Below are positions 62,332-64,000 of a DNA stretch of 64,000 nt, in pieces (within the stretch, counting starts at the first letter, position 1; each line of letters starts with the position of its first letter). The notes beneath the pieces were generated by a model. It was not told where the DNA came from. It worked only from the letters and a program-made list of their open reading frames with translations, and searched no databases. The stretch lies in assembly GCF_054482525.1 (NCBI RefSeq), contig NZ_CM137006.1; one strand, 5' to 3'. The position numbers were made by a program, and so were the translations under genes.

Positions 62332-63228
62332 ATGGCCAAAGAAAGGGCATTAACGCTGGAAGCACTACGGGTTATGGACGCGATCGATCGCCGGGGCAGT
62401 TTTGCGGCGGCGGCGGATGAGCTGGGACGCGTGCCTTCCGCACTTAGCTACACCATGCAAAAACTGGAAGAAGAGCTGGATGTGGTGCTGTTTGACCGCT
62501 CGGGCCATCGCACCAAATTCACCAATGTCGGGAGGATGTTGCTGGAGCGAGGGCGCGTTTTGCTGGAAGCCGCAGATAAACTGACTACCGATGCGGAAGC
62601 CCTCGCGCGCGGTTGGGAAACGCATCTCACCATTGTGACCGAGGCGCTGGTACCGACACCTGCCTTTTTCCCGTTAATCGACAAACTGGCGGCAAAAGCC
62701 AATACCCAACTGGCAATTATCACCGAAGTGCTGGCGGGGGCGTGGGAACGGCTGGAGCAGGGGCGGGCGGATATTGTTATCGCGCCGGATATGCATTTTC
62801 GTTCCTCGTCGGAGATCAACTCGCGCAAGCTCTATACGTTAATGAACGTCTACGTTGCCGCGCCTGATCACCCGATTCATCAGGAGCCGGAACCGTTATC
62901 TGAAGTGACGCGCGTGAAATATCGTGGAATTGCGGTGGCGGATACCGCTCGTGAGCGCCCGGTGTTGACCGTACAGCTGCTGGACAAACAGCCGCGCTTA
63001 ACGGTGAGCACGATTGAAGATAAACGTCAGGCATTACTGGCGGGGCTTGGCGTGGCGACGATGCCGTATCCGATGGTTGAAAAAGATATTGCGGAAGGGC
63101 GGTTGCGTGTCGTCAGCCCGGAATCGACCAGCGAGATCGATATTATTATGGCCTGGCGTCGTGACAGTATGGGGGAAGCGAAATCCTGGTGTCTGCGGGA
63201 AATTCCCAAACTTTTTAGCGGAAAATAA
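62332..63228 (+). CDS. yhaJ: LysR-family transcriptional regulator YhaJ
   Basis: 298 aa, N-terminal HTH (GSFAAAADELGRVPSALSYTMQKLE). Confidence 0.92.
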   Translation: MAKERALTLEALRVMDAIDRRGSFAAAADELGRVPSALSYTMQKLEEELDVVLFDRSGHRTKFTNVGRMLLERGRVLLEAADKLTTDAEALARGWETHLTIVTEALVPTPAFFPLIDKLAAKANTQLAIITEVLAGAWERLEQGRADIVIAPDMHFRSSSEINSRKLYTLMNVYVAAPDHPIHQEPEPLSEVTRVKYRGIAVADTARERPVLTVQLLDKQPRLTVSTIEDKRQALLAGLGVATMPYPMVEKDIAEGRLRVVSPESTSEIDIIMAWRRDSMGEAKSWCLREIPKLFSGK

Positions 63229-63261
63229 TCGATTAAGCACCTTTTACAAGGTGCTTAATTA

Positions 63262-63630
63262 TTATTCTTGTTCCAGTTTCGGATCTGGTCCAAAGCGGTT
63301 TTCGCCTGGCGTACCCGCCTGGCAGTTAAAGACGATGATAATAAGCCAGCCGATAAACGGGATTAAGAATAGCAGTGCCCACCACGCCGAGCGGTCGGTG
63401 TCGTGCAGGCGGCGGAACTGAACCGCCCACCACGGTAAAAACACCAGAATACCGTAGATTGTCGTCAGGATGCCTTCGCCACCAGCGCGTTGCCAGCCTA
63501 ACATTTTATCCAGCAGCCCCAGCACGAACGTAAAGATGATGTTGACCAGAATAAACATCCAGTACTCTTTGCGCCGCGCACGACCCCGGAAACCGACATA
63601 ATTTTTTAGTACTTTCAGATACCAGTCCAT
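63262..63630 (-). CDS. yhaI: DUF805 inner-membrane protein YhaI
   Basis: …MDWYLKVLKNYVGFRGRARRKEYWMF… DUF805 signature; start uncertain (ATG at 63630 or 63651). Confidence 0.7.
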   Translation of the reverse strand: MDWYLKVLKNYVGFRGRARRKEYWMFILVNIIFTFVLGLLDKMLGWQRAGGEGILTTIYGILVFLPWWAVQFRRLHDTDRSAWWALLFLIPFIGWLIIIVFNCQAGTPGENRFGPDPKLEQE

Positions 63631-63761
63631 TTTTGCCTCAATTTTGCTCAATCACTTGTTTTTAAAGCAGCAAATTAAGAATAGACGTGAATGAAATGGC
63701 AGTAAATATTCGTTCAAGGAATTAATAAAGTGCCGTGAAGGCGCGCTAAGACTGATGACAA

Positions 63762-63869
63762 GCGCAAAATCGCCAGATGCGCTACGCTTATCTGGCCTAC
63801 GCGGCATTGTAACATATTGAATATAAACGTTTTGTAGGTTGGAAAAGACGTTCACGCCGCATCCGACAT
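63762..63869. repeat. REP-like palindromic elements
   Basis: gccagatgcgctacgcttatctggcctac … gtaggttggaaaagacgttcacgccgcatccgacat. Confidence 0.65.
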
Positions 63870-63896
63870 AAATAACACGCACTTAGCTAATAATCA

Positions 63897-63923
63897 GAGG
63901 CACCTCGTAAGGTGCCTTTTTTT
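63897..63923 (+). terminator. Hairpin plus T-run (Rho-independent terminator-like)
   Basis: gaggcacctcgtaaggtgcc followed by ttttttt. Confidence 0.5.
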
Positions 63924-64000
63924 AACCGAAGCGAACATCTCGTCCATGCGGTTCATCGAGATCCTGCCACGGACCAATTGAAATAATCCCCGTAGGGTTG

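Noticed and set aside
63652-63882. 76-aa minus-strand ORF downstream of yhaI
   Set aside because: Runs through REP-like palindromes; no RBS; likely non-coding
63924-64000. Possible 3' end of a minus-strand gene (yhaH-like) at the window edge
   Set aside because: Too little sequence in the window to support a call

Overview
This window is an Escherichia coli-type chromosomal segment, almost all conserved core genome, read in the opposite orientation to the usual K-12 map. Gene order recognised from the translated ORFs: nusA (3' part)-infB-rbfA-truB-rpsO-pnp, nlpI, yrbN-deaD, mtr, a two-gene AT-rich islet, yhbW, ubiV-ubiU / ubiT, yhbS, yhbQ, yhbP, yhbO, yraR, yraQ, dolP, diaA, yraN, lpoA, rsmI, a complete aga cluster (agaI-D-C-B, kbaY, agaS, agaA-F-E-W-V, kbaZ, agaR), yhaV-prlF toxin-antitoxin, garD/garPLRK, rnpB, yhaC-yhaB-tdcR, tdcABCDEFG, cyuP-cyuA, an IS150-like element, yhaL-yhaK, yhaJ, yhaI. 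I see no CRISPR array, prophage, integrase or recognisable multi-gene defence locus. The best candidate for something undescribed is the ~1.4 kb islet between mtr and yhbW: an orphan 176-aa ORF divergent from a signal-peptide-bearing YafK/DpaA-like L,D-transpeptidase-fold gene. It is only a two-gene module and its function is inference. Other strain-level peculiarities: an in-frame amber codon in garD, the IS150-like element inserted inside a REP sequence, rsmI directly abutting agaI (no yraHIJK fimbrial operon), and an intact agaW-E-F-A segment. All gene identities come from reading the translations against remembered protein families; no database search was run, and start codons and short-feature coordinates may be off by a few bases.
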